A stretch of 63,966 bases of DNA, the filler included, from Malassezia furfur (taxonomy: Eukaryota), in NCBI GenBank assembly GCA_052055015.1. It is 3 parts of 3 records of this genome, joined end to end, with 100 filler letters (N's around TTAATTAATTAA, not from the genome) between each part and the next. Parts side by side here need not be neighbours in the genome. Positions count along the whole stretch, not along the records: positions 49,916 to 63,966 come from JBQJIT010000294.1; 2 more parts are not named here. The stretch is one strand, 5' to 3'. The notes under the pieces are model-generated. The model was not told the origin of the DNA. It made no database searches and saw only the letters and a list, made by a program, of their open reading frames with translations. Shown here piece by piece: positions 52,045 through 63,759 of the stretch (the first letter of the stretch is position 1; every line of letters begins with the position of its first letter). The translations under genes were made by a program, and so were the position numbers.

Positions 52045-52920
52045 TCACGCGTCAGTCTCTTCCTCGTCGTCCTCGTCATCGGAAGACGGCAATGCAATCG
52101 CACCATAGCCACCCAACCGCGTTTTTTCCATATCGCGCGCAAGGCGCTCGGCCGCGACCGCCGCCTCGAACTGCGCAGCCGCTTTTTGGATTTCGTCGGC
52201 GTCTGCGCACGTGCGGTAGCGCGCAAAGTAGGCGAGGTTGAGGCGCGGAAAGTTTTCGCCCCACGCAAATTTCGCAAGCAACTCGTCGCCGAGCGGCTTG
52301 GCATTACAGATGTAGAAGGCGGCCGCGAGCGCCTCGACACAGTTCAGCTTGAACGGCTTCCCATAGTTGACGGGATTCGTCGCCATGAGCCGCGGAAGCA
52401 GCCGCTCGTGCGGGCTCTTGATCTTGCCAAACGGAATTTCGTCCAGTCGCGCCCAGCTGCACTCGACGACCGCAACGCCGTGTTCGTGGACGATGGGCGC
52501 ATCTGCAGGCGAGAGCACCTGCGTCGCGCGCGGGGTAAGCACGATCCCACGGAAACGCTGGCCGACGCGCAACTCCTTGATCAGGCCGTGACGCGCCAGT
52601 TTTTTGCCGCTGCAGCGGCGCGGGTCGCAATGTTGAAAATCCCACATGGCGACCGGTACTCGCGTCGTAAGGTCTTCTGCGGCGCCGAGTACAGCATCTG
52701 CATCACTCGCATCACTCGCGTCGCTCGCGTCGCTCGCGTCGCTCTCTTCACTTGCGTCCTCGTCGCTGCCTGCGTCGCTGGCGGTATTTTCTTCCCCCGA
52801 TTGCGCCTCGTCGCCACTGCTTGGCGGGGGTTCGGGGGACTCACGTACGTATCGATCTACGCGAAATCCGCGGCGTGGCGCGTGGCCACGCCCCCGTCCT
52901 CTGCCCCGCAACATGCCCAT
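52045..52920 (-). CDS. TSR3: 18S rRNA aminocarboxypropyltransferase Tsr3
   Basis: AMWDFQHCDPRRCSGKKL, VVECSWA, RLLPRLMATNPVNYGKPFKLNCVEALAA, FAWGENF. Confidence 0.95.
   Translation of the reverse strand: MGMLRGRGRGRGHAPRRGFRVDRYVRESPEPPPSSGDEAQSGEENTASDAGSDEDASEESDASDASDASDASDADAVLGAAEDLTTRVPVAMWDFQHCDPRRCSGKKLARHGLIKELRVGQRFRGIVLTPRATQVLSPADAPIVHEHGVAVVECSWARLDEIPFGKIKSPHERLLPRLMATNPVNYGKPFKLNCVEALAAAFYICNAKPLGDELLAKFAWGENFPRLNLAYFARYRTCADADEIQKAAAQFEAAVAAERLARDMEKTRLGGYGAIALPSSDDEDDEEETDA
52701..52745. repeat. 9-nt in-frame minisatellite (about 5 copies) in the acidic N-terminus of TSR3
   Basis: catcactcg x2 plus cgtcgctc(g/t) x3, encoding (S-D-A)n. Confidence 0.8.
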
Positions 52921-53176
52921 TGCCGCACTGCACCGCGTGCGTCTGCTGCACGCCAAATTATCTCCGGTTAGATCGTGCCCGGATATGAGTCACGTGGAAA
53001 TGCGGGGGCCGGCTCGACTTCGCCTGCGCACCTTTGCGATTGGTGCGTTTGTGCCGAGCGGAGTACTACGGTGCAGGCACCTCCGGGGGAAAGAAGATGA
53101 CGGAATTGGTGGCACACATATATAACCACATTCGGTCCCCCACGGGGTTCAGGAACCTTTTTAGTTCATTACCAAC
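52921..53176. promoter_or_regulatory. TSR3 / ICL1 divergent promoter with overlapping TGAGTCA and GTCACGTG plus TGCGGGG (Mig1/CreA-like)
   Basis: TGAGTCA 52986-52992, GTCACGTG 52989-52996, TGCGGGG 53001-53007. Confidence 0.45.
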
Positions 53177-54802
53177 ATGTCGTTTGATCCCAAAAATGAA
53201 GAAGCCCTCTTCCAGAGGGACGTGGAGCAGGTGAAGCGCTGGTGGCAAGAGCCGCGCTTTGCCCGTGTCACTCGCCCCTACACCGCCGAGCAGGTGGTGA
53301 GCAAGCGTGGCACCATCCAGCCCGAGTACACCTCGAACCAGATGGCCAAGAAGATGTGGGCTCTGCTCGAGAAGCACGCCAAGGAGGGCACCACCTCGCA
53401 CACCTACGGTGCGCTTGACCCCGTCCAGGTCACGCAGATGGCCAAGTACCTCGAGACCGTCTACGTGTCCGGCTGGCAGAGCTCGAGCACGGCCAGCTCG
53501 ACCAACGAGCCCGGCCCTGATCTGGCGGACTACCCGTCGAACACGGTGCCCAACAAGGTCGAGCACCTGTTCATGGCGCAGCTCTTCCACGACCGCAAGC
53601 AGCACGAGGCTCGCTGCCGCATGACGCCCGAGGAGCGCGCCAAGACGCCCTACGTCGACTACCTCCGCCCGATTGTGGCGGACGCCGACACGGGCCACGG
53701 TGGTCTGACGGCCGTGATGAAGCTCGCCAAGATGTTCGTCGAGAAGGGCGCTGCCGGTATCCACATTGAGGACCAGGCGCCGGGCACCAAGAAGTGTGGC
53801 CACATGGCCGGCAAGGTGCTGGTCCCGATCTCGGAGCACATCAACCGTTTGGTGGCCATCCGCCTCCAGTTCGACATCATGGGCGTCGACAACCTCGTTG
53901 TGGCGCGTACCGACTCGGAGGCCGCGACGCTGATTACGACCAACGTCGATGAGCGCGACCACCCCTTCATCCTCGGTACCACCAACGCCGGCCAGCAGCC
54001 GCTCGTGGACGTGATGAACGCCGCGGAGCGCGCTGGCAAGACGGGCGACGCGCTGCAGGCCGTGGAGGACGAGTGGACTGCCAAGGCCGGCCTCTGCCTC
54101 TTCGCCGACGCCGTTGTGGACTTTATGGCGAAGAACGGCAAGTCGGAGCAGGTTCAGAAGGAGTTCCGCGACGCCGCGGCCAAGCTCTCCAACTCGCAGG
54201 CCCGTGCGCTCGCTCGCAACTACGGCATCGACGAGAAGGCCGGCTTCTACTGGGACTGGGACGCGCCCCGCACCCGTGAGGGCTACTACCAGTACCGCGG
54301 CGGCACCCAGTGTGCCGTGAACCGTGCGGTGGCCTTTGCGCCGTACGCCGACCTGCTGTGGATGGAGACCAAGTCGCCCATCCTTGCGCAGGCTAAGGAG
54401 TTCGCTGAGGGCGTGCGCGCGGTCCACCCCAACCAGTGGCTCGCTTACAACCTGTCGCCCTCGTTCAACTGGGACGCCGCCAAGCTCTCGGAGAAGCAGA
54501 TGCAGGACTACGTCTGGGACCTGGGCAAGCTCGGCTTCGTCTGGCAGTTCATCACGCTGGGTGGTCTCCACTCGAACGCGTTCATCAGCGACCAGTTCGC
54601 CAAGGGCTTCTCCAAGGAAGGTATGAAGGCATACGTCCAGCTCGTCCAGCGCAAGGAGCGCGAGATTGGCTGCGATGTGCTCACCCACCAGAAGTGGAGC
54701 GGTGCCGACTACATCGACAGCATGCTCAAGACGGTCACCGGTGGTGTCTCGTCTACGGCTGCCATGGGCAAGGGTGTCACCGAGTCGCAGTTCAGCAAGT
54801 AA
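53177..54802 (+). CDS. ICL1: Isocitrate lyase (glyoxylate cycle)
   Basis: [17 protein letters not shown], active-site [27 protein letters not shown]; intronless and strongly codon-biased. Confidence 0.97.
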   Translation: MSFDPKNEEALFQRDVEQVKRWWQEPRFARVTRPYTAEQVVSKRGTIQPEYTSNQMAKKMWALLEKHAKEGTTSHTYGALDPVQVTQMAKYLETVYVSGWQSSSTASSTNEPGPDLADYPSNTVPNKVEHLFMAQLFHDRKQHEARCRMTPEERAKTPYVDYLRPIVADADTGHGGLTAVMKLAKMFVEKGAAGIHIEDQAPGTKKCGHMAGKVLVPISEHINRLVAIRLQFDIMGVDNLVVARTDSEAATLITTNVDERDHPFILGTTNAGQQPLVDVMNAAERAGKTGDALQAVEDEWTAKAGLCLFADAVVDFMAKNGKSEQVQKEFRDAAAKLSNSQARALARNYGIDEKAGFYWDWDAPRTREGYYQYRGGTQCAVNRAVAFAPYADLLWMETKSPILAQAKEFAEGVRAVHPNQWLAYNLSPSFNWDAAKLSEKQMQDYVWDLGKLGFVWQFITLGGLHSNAFISDQFAKGFSKEGMKAYVQLVQRKEREIGCDVLTHQKWSGADYIDSMLKTVTGGVSSTAAMGKGVTESQFSK

Positions 54803-54965
54803 ATTCGGCAGCGCCGCAGTGTATAGGGTAATTACCTAGCCAGCATTTATTCCGTCCGAACACGCTTTGCGGTGTGTGGGGAACCGCGACGTGGCTGACT
54901 AATGATGTGTCGGCGCTTTTCGTTCTGTTCGTCGCTCCTTTGCTCGTCGGCCGCATCTGTTTGCC

Positions 54966-55521
54966 ATGCGCGCGAGCCTCGGTATGCTGGTTTCCCTGGG
55001 TGCGCTGCGTAGCGTGCGGGTCATGTCGCCCTTTGCACATGCTCTGCCCAGTTCTGCGCCTGCGGCGAAGGTCTACGTGGCGGCTACCATGCCGCTTCTC
55101 ACGGTCCATGTCCCGCATTTCCTGCGCCAGTGGGCCGCACAGGTCACTACGACGCTTTCGCATACCCTCGGAAACGACCCGCATGATGGTTCGGATGCCG
55201 GCGCGTTGGCTTCCGCGTGCGCCGGCCCCACACTCCCCGCCATGCCTGTGTCGGAAGGCCCCGAGACCTGGGACGGTCTGCTCCTCGCCGCACCCAAGAA
55301 GAAGGTATCGCACTCGCGTAAGGCGATGCGCTCGGCCAACAAGGGCCTGAAGGACCGCATCAGTACGTATAAACCCTATCGACATGCGACTGACCCTGCT
55401 AGACCTAGTGCACTGCCCCGGCTGTGCGCGCCCCAAGCTACAACACCATATCTGTGAGCACTGCTTTGGCGAGTTCTCGCGGAGCCTCAAGCAGAAAAAC
55501 ACGAGTGTGCCGTCTGCGTAA
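54966..55521 (+). CDS. MRPL32: Mitochondrial ribosomal protein bL32m; intron 55363-55402 (40 nt)
   Basis: LLAAPKKKVSHSRKAMRSANKGLKDRINLVHCPGCARPKLQHHICEHC zinc knuckle after a long presequence; exact start uncertain. Confidence 0.9.
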
Positions 55522-55776
55522 GACCGCATCACACTACGACACGCACGGGCAAGCCATAGGGCGTCGGCACTGTGCTTGCTGTAAGATACCTGATAGAGAC
55601 GAAGTGATCGTGTTTCTTGGTCGTTTGCATTTGTGCGGCCGGTCGGTATTCCACGCCGTAGGGGCACATGGATCGGGTCTAGGCATTCGTGTCTGCTTCT
55701 CACCTCTTCTCCTATAGTCTACGCGGGAAATGGGCCCTTTTACGGAACCCGGACGTGTGGAGGGCACCTTCTCACG

Positions 55777-57266
55777 ATGTCCACCCACCTGGTCCGCGCG
55801 CTTCGCGCACAGGCCGCATCGCGTGCAGTGCGACACACTCTCACGCGTACCCCCTATGTAACTGAAGCACCTCGGAGTCGCTCAACCCACTCGAGAGCCA
55901 AAACAAACTCTGGTTTACTTCCTGCACTCGCCCCGGCCGCTGTTTCACGTACGTATGCAACAGCAGCCGACCCCGTGCAAGACCGTGCAGCACAAGCCCA
56001 ACTCCGACGTACGTCTTTCACTCACAGCAGGTCTTGTTCCGCCGTCGAAACGGTATCCTGTCCCCCAGGACGTGGCCGAATCTATTGTGACTCTCTTGCT
56101 GAGTACTTCTGCGGAAGGCATCGACCGAAACACGGAGGGACAAGTATACCAAGGTGCGCGGTTTGCACACTGACGCAGTCGTGGACAACCACCGCCTCCC
56201 CCCTTCAGCCCTGCGCAAGCTTGCTGCGGCGATTCTGCAACTGAGCCGCGATGCACGCCGGAACCAAGTGGTTGGTCAACTCTACGCGCTTGCGCATCGC
56301 CGCGGCGATGATGACGCAGGCTACTCCTGGGCAACAATGGTGCTCGAAGGCCTAATCCAAGGCGCAACCGACCCAAGCCGTGCCGCTGATGAAGCCATGG
56401 AACTTTATGCGACGCTGGCCCGCAAAGGACATCCCCAGGCCCTGTTTGGTATGGGCCGCGTCCTTTTAGCCCAGATCGAGGCAACACCGGACACTGCCGC
56501 GAGCCGCATGCCCCGTGTAATTGAGCTATGGGAGCGCGCAGGGAAGAGTGGCATGCCTGATGCATGGTTCGAGCTCGGCCGGATGTACCAAGGCACACCG
56601 TATCTGGATCGCGACACCGACCGTATGCAGGAGTGTTTCGAGCAGGGAGCGCGTGCGGGCAGCACACAATGCTGCTACGCACTTGGAGTGCAGCATGCCG
56701 CACGGGCCGACGAGCTGCGCGAGCAGAATAACCACAAAGCAGCGCACGAAGCGATCACGCTGTCGAACCGCTATTTCTTGCAGGCGGCCCAGCATGGACA
56801 TGCACCAAGCGCCTACAACATGGGCCTGCGCTACCTCCTCACCGATGTAGCTGATGCATCGTCAGCGACAGAAGAGCAAAAGCGCGCGCACCAGTCGCAG
56901 TGGGGTGTGGTCCCTGACGACCGCAGCGCGCGCGAATGGTTCGCGGCCGCAGCAGGCAAAAGTACGTGATATGCTCACCCAGATTTCATGCCTGCAATGA
57001 TGAACTATGGACATATGCTCATGAATGCGCGCGGATCGGCGGAGGCGACGCCGACGCCCGACGACCTCGCGACTGCCCAGCGCGTGTACCGCCGTGTGCT
57101 AGCGCTGGGAATGGCCGCACAGCAGCTGCGCTCGCGCGAGACGACACCGCGTGCTGCAGATGACGACACTCCTCAGGTGATGGAGCACATGGTCAGTGAG
57201 GCCCGGCGTGCGCTGCAGACGCTCGATGCGCGCCTTGGGAACGGCGCGTCGCAGACGGTCTTCTAA
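55777..57266 (+). CDS. Probable mitochondrial Sel1-repeat protein; introns 56009-56030 (or 56009-56027), 56154-56178, 56962-56982
   Basis: Presequence-like N-terminus; SLR motifs GHPQALFGMG, GMPDAWFELGRMY, GHAPSAYNMGLRY, AREWFAAAA. Confidence 0.8.
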
Positions 57267-57508
57267 GTCCTCTCCGCGCCCTTGCGCACGGTGCCGTAGT
57301 CTGTAAGGTTTTGCGCACGCGGATTGGTCCGTTGGGCACCGGCAGGCCGCCCGGCGGGCGTGAATTTCAGTGGCGCCGAAGCTAATAAGATTGCGCTGCA
57401 CGACGGCCGCTGACTCAGCAACCCCGCACGCTGAAGTAAGGCCCGGCGATATTCCGGTCATGGCTGCCGTAGTGTCGGCAGGTCCTTTCACCCAACCGCT
57501 ATCGAACC

Positions 57509-58321
57509 ATGGCCTCGGTCCAACAGATTGTGCTGCACCCGTACATTTCGCAGTTGGTAAGTATCAAGCGGCACGCCGGAAGACATGCTTACACTCTGTA
57601 CAGCTCAAGTTCTGGAGCACGACCGTCGGTCGTGACAAGACGTCGCGTTCGGTCCAGTACCTGTCGCGCTTTTTGGCGTGGTACACACTGACCCGCGGTG
57701 CGCCTAAAGAAACGGTCGCGCGCTGGTCTTCGATCAAGTCGAACATCGGCTTGAGCCGCAAGCGTACGTATTTTATGCTCATGTCCAGTTTTCCGTATTG
57801 GCAAGTTCCTGGAGCACTTCCAGGCCGCGCTCAAGGCGACGAGCACCGCGGACCCCGTGCTGATGATCACCGCCGTGGGTCGCCAGCTTGGTTACGCGTT
57901 CTACCTGATCCTCGATGCGCTGCAGTGGATGCAGGGCGCCAAGGCCGTGCGCTTCGAGAAGGAGACGGCTCAGAAGATCTCTAAGAACGCGGCGCGCTTC
58001 TGGCTCATCGGTCTGACCTTCTCGCTGATCAGCGGCGTGTACAAGTCGCAACAGCTTGCACAGCGCCTCAAGTTTGCGCAGCGCCCGCGTGCTACGGCCG
58101 AGAAGGAGGCTGAGCGCCGTGTCGAGCTGCACCAGCTTGCGGCGGACACCAAGGCGGTGCGCCTGCAGATGCTGCAGGACGCATGCGACATTGTGAACCC
58201 CGGTACGAGCACCGGCTGGTTCAGCTTCAACGAGGGCGTGATCGGTGCGGCGGGTACCCTCAGTTCACTGCTGGGTGCGCGCTCGCAATGGATCAAGGTC
58301 AACGGCGGCGCGAAGAAGTAG
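57509..58321 (+). CDS. PEX11: Peroxisomal biogenesis factor Pex11; introns 57557-57603 (47 nt) and 57764-57788 (25 nt)
   Basis: HPYISQLLKFWSTTVGRDKTSRSVQYLSRFLAW...SRKLFRIGKFLEH...DACDIVNP...GAAGTLSSLLG. Confidence 0.93.
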
Positions 58322-58429
58322 ATGCGATAGTCATGACCGCCTGTCTTCCTGGAAAGCGTGGAGCATGGACGCGCCTGGGCCAAGGACCGTACCGGATGTG
58401 GACTATGCTCCCTATCATCGTGCGCGTGC

Positions 58430-60674
58430 CTAGACGAGTTCCTCGGTCTCCTCGAGGATCTCTTCCATCCACTCTTGCACCTCTTCGGTGCTCTCCTTCT
58501 GGAGCTGCTCGGCGCTGAGCGCCGCAGGGTCCGTCTTGTACACCTGCTTCGCTTCCTCGAGCTTTTCGCGGTTGCGCTCGCGCCACTCCTTCCACTCCTG
58601 GACCATGCGCTGGTACACCTCGCGGTGCGCAAGAGCCTGGCTGCTCTCCTCCGCCTCGTCCTCCTGGTCGAAAATCTTGGAGTACTCGCGGAGGTTGCGG
58701 CGCACGCGCTTCTGGTCCTCCTTGCTGAGCAGCGTCTTGGGCCGCGGGCGCCACAGAATCTGCTTGAACTGCTCGAGGACGTGCTTCTGCAGCTCCACAC
58801 CGTGGAAGTTCCAGATCGCGTACCCGTGCTCGGTGGAGCGGCGCCACAGGCTCGCGCTGGTGGTCACGTAGCGCCCACTCGGGTCCCACTCGATATCAGT
58901 CATGCTGTAGTGCTCGCCGCTGCCGATCAGCTTCACCTCCTCGAGCACGTCCGGGTTGTTGGCGTTCTGGCGCGCCTCGATGTTGAAGTCGACGTCGTAC
59001 CACTCCAGCTCGAACTTTTGCGTGGATCCGAGGGTGGCGGCCAGCAGGTGGCGGCCACGCGGCGACCAGAAGAGCGAGTTGCACGCCTTGTTGTCGAACG
59101 CCTTGAGCAGGCGGAAGTTGCCACGCGGGTGCAGGTGGTAGAAGTTGAGCTGCGTCTTGAGCGTCACACCGGGCGCCACGACGCCAAAGTTGGGGTCGTT
59201 GGTGGAGATCACCGCAAAGTGGCTGCCCTGCGGCTCCCAGGCAAAGGCGAGCACCGGGTCCTTCAGCTCCACGACCTCCACCGGGAAGTCCTTCTCGCGC
59301 ATGCGGAACAGCTCAAAGTTGCAAAAGACCGTCTTTTTGGTCTTGGTCTGGCGGTCCACCTTGACACACAGGTAGTCGCCCTGAGGGTGCCAGTGCAGTT
59401 TGCAGTCGGCCACGTTGAACAGGTTTTTGGAACGCAGCACCTCGCGCGTCGGCACACTCATCACCGTCACACGCGCCGGCTGGTTCGCGACCTCGGGCTG
59501 CCAGTAGCACAGCATATTGTCGCGCGGCTTCTTAAAGCCCTTGGGCAGGTTCGGGTTCTTGCCTTCGTTCCACACCTCGAGCGCCTCCTTATCCTTGTCG
59601 CCCAGCGGGCACCACTCAAAGTCGACGACGCCGTCAATGCGGATGCTCTTTTGGTCGAGCAAGCCCATGCTCGGCACCTGGTAGACGCTGATCGCTTTGC
59701 CGGGCGAAACCTTGGCACAGTACTTGCTGTCGCCGCTCCACTTCAGGAAGGGCCAACTAAAGCCCTTGACTTGCTGGCCAGTCTCGGTGATCGTCTCCTC
59801 CTGCTGGATGGGGAAGGTACGCAGCAGGTGGCCGGTGCGCACTTCCCACACCGCGACGCGGTTCCCCTCGTCTTCAGGCGCGAAGAACTGCGGGCCCTGC
59901 GGGGCATTTTCAGGGACCTGGATCGGCTCAGCAGACCACGTCACCATGTATTTCTCGTCCGGGCTAAAGTCGACGAGGCGCACACCAGGGTGGGGGTATC
60001 GCATGATCCGCTCCCAGGCGGACCCACCCCAGAGCGCGATGCCTTGGAGGTGGAACGTGGCCAGGTAGGTGCCGAGCGGCGACCACTGCACGTACGACTC
60101 GGTCCAGCGTGTCCGTGTGTGCACAATCTCGGGGTTCGATGCGCGGTTGTGCCACGCAATCTGCACCTCATCGCCGCAGCAGATCGCCAGCTGGTCGCGG
60201 CCCGACGGGTCCGCGAGCCAGGAGCGCAGGTGGCCGCGCTGCTTATATGGCTCCTCCTCCGGCTCGACGTATGTCTCGTCCATGTTGGTCAGGCGCTCAA
60301 TGTCGCTGAAGCGGTTCACCAGGAAGTGGTGCTTCTTGTCAAAGGCGTAGTTGTCCATGGTGCGGATCGCGTGCGCGGCCTCGTCCGCATTGGCAAGCTC
60401 CATGAGCATGTAGCTGCGGGTCAGATGCGCTTCCCACGTACCCCTTCGACTCGCCATTATCGCCGTACGAGATGTGCATGCACTCCAGCGGCACATCGAT
60501 TTCTGCCTGGGTCCGGAAGCGCTTCTGGATCGTCTCGAACAGCTTCTGCTGCTTTGCCGACGTGATGACCGGCACGCCGTTGATGATAATCACATTCTCG
60601 AGACTATCATCGAACGGCACATCATACTTGGCCTCGATGTCCGAGTAGTCAATGTCGTCTAGCTCGCGGTCCAT
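58430..60674 (-). CDS. PRT1: Translation initiation factor eIF3b; intron 60414-60441 (28 nt)
   Basis: N-terminal RRM, then WD-like propeller: HLRSWLADPSGRDQ, WTESYVQWSPLGTYL, IEWDPSGRY, FKQILWRPRP. Confidence 0.95.
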
Positions 60675-60809
60675 CGTGCGGATACGTTGCACGACCCCGA
60701 CCGCCGGGCTTTTTCTTCGCGCGCGCCCAGCAAAAGTCACGTGGTCTTAGTCAGCCATCCAAAAAAAAGTGCGGCGACGTGCAGAGCACGCCGCTCCGCG
60801 CGGCGCACG
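60675..60809. promoter_or_regulatory. PRT1 / SPB1 divergent promoter with GTCACGTG and A/T tracts
   Basis: GTCACGTG at 60736-60743; T-rich tract near 60710 and A8 at 60761-60768 in otherwise GC-rich DNA. Confidence 0.45.
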
Positions 60810-63622
60810 ATGGGCAAGCACGACAAGAAGTCGGGCAAAGGGTACGTTGACCGCACCGCTCACACCACAGCCGTCTCGACAAGTTCTACTGGCTTGCCAA
60901 GTGTGTATACACACGTGAAACACTGACCGCAGAGAGCAGGGCTATCGTGCCCGATCCGCGTTCAAGCTCGTGCAGCTGAACAAGAAGTACAAATTTTTGG
61001 AGGATGCGCACTGCTGTATCGATTTGTGTGCGGCGCCCGGTGGCTGGCTTCAGGTGGCATCGAAGCACATGCCTCCGAATAGTCTGATTGTCGGTACGTA
61101 CGGTGTGCGCGCCACTGACCCTAGGTGTCGACCTGGTCCCCATCAAGCCGATCCCCCGCTGTATCACGTTTGCCGAGGACATCAACTCGTACAAGTGCCG
61201 TGACCAGCTCCGCGAGGACCTCAAGGACTGGCGCGCAGATGTTGTGCTGCACGACGGTGCACCAAACGTCGGTACCGCATGGGTTCAGGATGCGTACGCC
61301 CAGTCGGAGCTGACGCTCCAAGCGCTCAAACTCGCCGTCGAGTTCCTGGCGCCGGGCGGCACGTTTGTTACCAAAGTATTCCGCTCGAAGGACTACAACA
61401 ATCTTGTTTGGGTCTTTAACCAGCTCTTCCACCATGTCGAGGCCACCAAGCCGCCGTCGTCGCGCAATGTCTCTGCTGAGATTTTCGTGGTGTGCCAGCG
61501 CTTCAAGAACATGAAGCGCATCGACCCCAAGTTCCTCGACCCCAAGTATGTGTTCAAGGAGCTTGACCCGACGTCGGCGTCCAAGGAGATGTCGGGCGCC
61601 AGCTCGCACAACCTGCTTGAAAACGTCGTGAACCCCGAAAAGGCACGGCGCAAGCGCGAGGGATACGAGGAAGGCAACTATACCCTGTACAAGACGATTG
61701 CCGCCGCGGAATATGTGCGCTGCGCCGACGCGATCGCGGCGCTCGGCACGTACAACCGCATCACCTTTGACTCGGAAGAGGACCAGGAACTGCTCCGCGA
61801 CCCGCTCACCACCGAAGACATCCGCGCGAACTGCGAGGATCTCAAGGTGCTGGGTCGTGGCGATTTTTCGTCGCTGATCAAGTGGCGCAAGGCGCTGCGC
61901 GAGAAACTCGGTTTGGACCGCAACAAGAAGCAACAGGAGCAGGACGCTGAGGCGACGCAGACCATCGAGGTCGAGCCCTTGAATGAGGAAGAGGCGATGG
62001 ATGAGGAGCTCGCGCGCCTCAACGAAGAATCTACGAAGCGTGCGCGCAAGGAACGCCGCCGCCGCAACGAGGCGCGCGCCAAGGCGCTGCAGAAACTGCA
62101 GCTGAACATGTCGACCCCGATGGAGCTCGGCGAGGACTGGACCGACGAGGCACTCCACGGGGGTGCCGAGACCTTCTCGCTGGATGCGCTCGAGCGCCAC
62201 GGCCCGCGCCGTGGCCATGCCGAGCTGTTGGATGCCGAGGATGCGGCGAGCGACGAGGCCTCCGAAGCCGACGTGGCGTCGGCAGAGGAAGACGCCTCTG
62301 AGGTCGACTCGGATGACGACGACAAGGAGCGACGCATCCGTGAGCTCGAGTCGGGCATGGACTCGATGTACGAGCAGTACCAGCACCATCTCCAGGAGCG
62401 CGACGCCAAGTTCCGCGCGAAGGAGGCGCGACGCAAGTCATCCAAGTACGAAGAGTGGGGCGGTATCGATGCAGACAAGAAGAGCGACGAGAGCGATGCC
62501 GACTCGGATGTCAACGTCGAGAAGGGCTACGACTCGGTGAACCGGCGCAAGTTTGCGGAAGAAACGTACGATTCGGATGACGCCGAGGACGACGAAGACG
62601 AGCGTGCCGAGCTCGCCGAGACGCAACCAGCGCCACAGGCGACGCGCGCCAGCGCCCCCAAGCGCGCACGCGGCACGTCGCAGACATTGCTCACGCCGCT
62701 CGAGTCGGATGCGGAGCTGAAGCAGCGCCAGAGTGCTGAGTCGGCGATGTGGTACGACAACCCCATCTTCCAGGACATGCTGCCGCTCGAGGCGCTCGTG
62801 CCGAATCGCAAGACAGAGGAAAGCACGCCGGAGCTCGATGAAGACGAAGCAATGGACGAAGACGAAGACGAGGACGAGGACGAGGAGAGCGAAACGATGT
62901 ACGACGACGACATCGAAGCCGTGCCCTCTGGCTTTGCCGCCAACGTGCCAGATGGCGCGTGGGATGTGCATGATGAAGACCCCGACGCGGCGAAGCGCGA
63001 AAAGATTGCGCGGCATGGCCTGCATACCGCCGAGGCTGTGTCGATGGCCCATGCGCTCGTGAACCGGCAGATGACCAAGTCGGACCTGGTCGATCAGGGC
63101 TTTTCGAAGCACAACTTCAACGACAAGTCGGGCCTGCCGCAATGGTTCTTGGATGACGAGAATGAGCATTACCGCACCAATATCCCTGTCTCCAAGGAGG
63201 CCGTCGAGGCGCTGCGCGCGCGGCAGCGGGCGCTGGATGCACGCCCCATCAAGAAGATTGCGGAGGCCAAGGCGCGCAAGAAGCACCGTGCTGCAATGCG
63301 TCTAGAAAAGGCACAGAAGCGCGCCGAGGCCATCAATGAGAACGCTGACCTGACCGAGCGCGAAAAGGCCGAGAACATCAACAAGATCATGGCCAAGTCG
63401 ATGGCCAAGAAGGCGGGTAGCGAAAAGAAGCCGCCGCAGCTCGTTGTGGCGCGCGGTGCGAACCGCGGGATCAAGGGCCGGCCGAAGGGTACCAAGGGCC
63501 GCTACCGCATGGTCGATCCGCGCATGAAGAAGGAGCTGCGTGCTCAAAAGCGCCGCGACCAGCGCGAGGGCAAGAAGCGCAGCTCCGGGCACAAGCAGCG
63601 GCGCATCCCCAAGGGCTACTGA
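60810..63622 (+). CDS. SPB1: AdoMet-dependent 25S rRNA methyltransferase Spb1; introns 60842-60870, 60901-60932, 61094-61124
   Basis: [63 protein letters not shown]-terminal [12 protein letters not shown]. Confidence 0.96.
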
Positions 63623-63759
63623 TTGTAAGACATAGGCCATTACACCATCCTGTGCGGCACACGACAAACTTAGGGGGCTGCCTAGGGTGCCTAGGGCAAG
63701 CTTTTGGGGGTAAGGAGCCTCATGCTCCTCTACGCGACTACCTAAAGGGGGACCGGCGT

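Noticed and set aside
55522..55776. Possible snRNA/snoRNA, or a long 5' UTR intron (GTAAGA at 55581 to CTATAG at 55717)
   Set aside because: No U1 5' end, Sm site or convincing C/D or H/ACA boxes; cannot be supported without a covariance-model search or RNA data.
63670..63700. TTAGGG/CTAGGG telomere-like words
   Set aside because: Only three degenerate, non-tandem copies in a convergent intergenic region.
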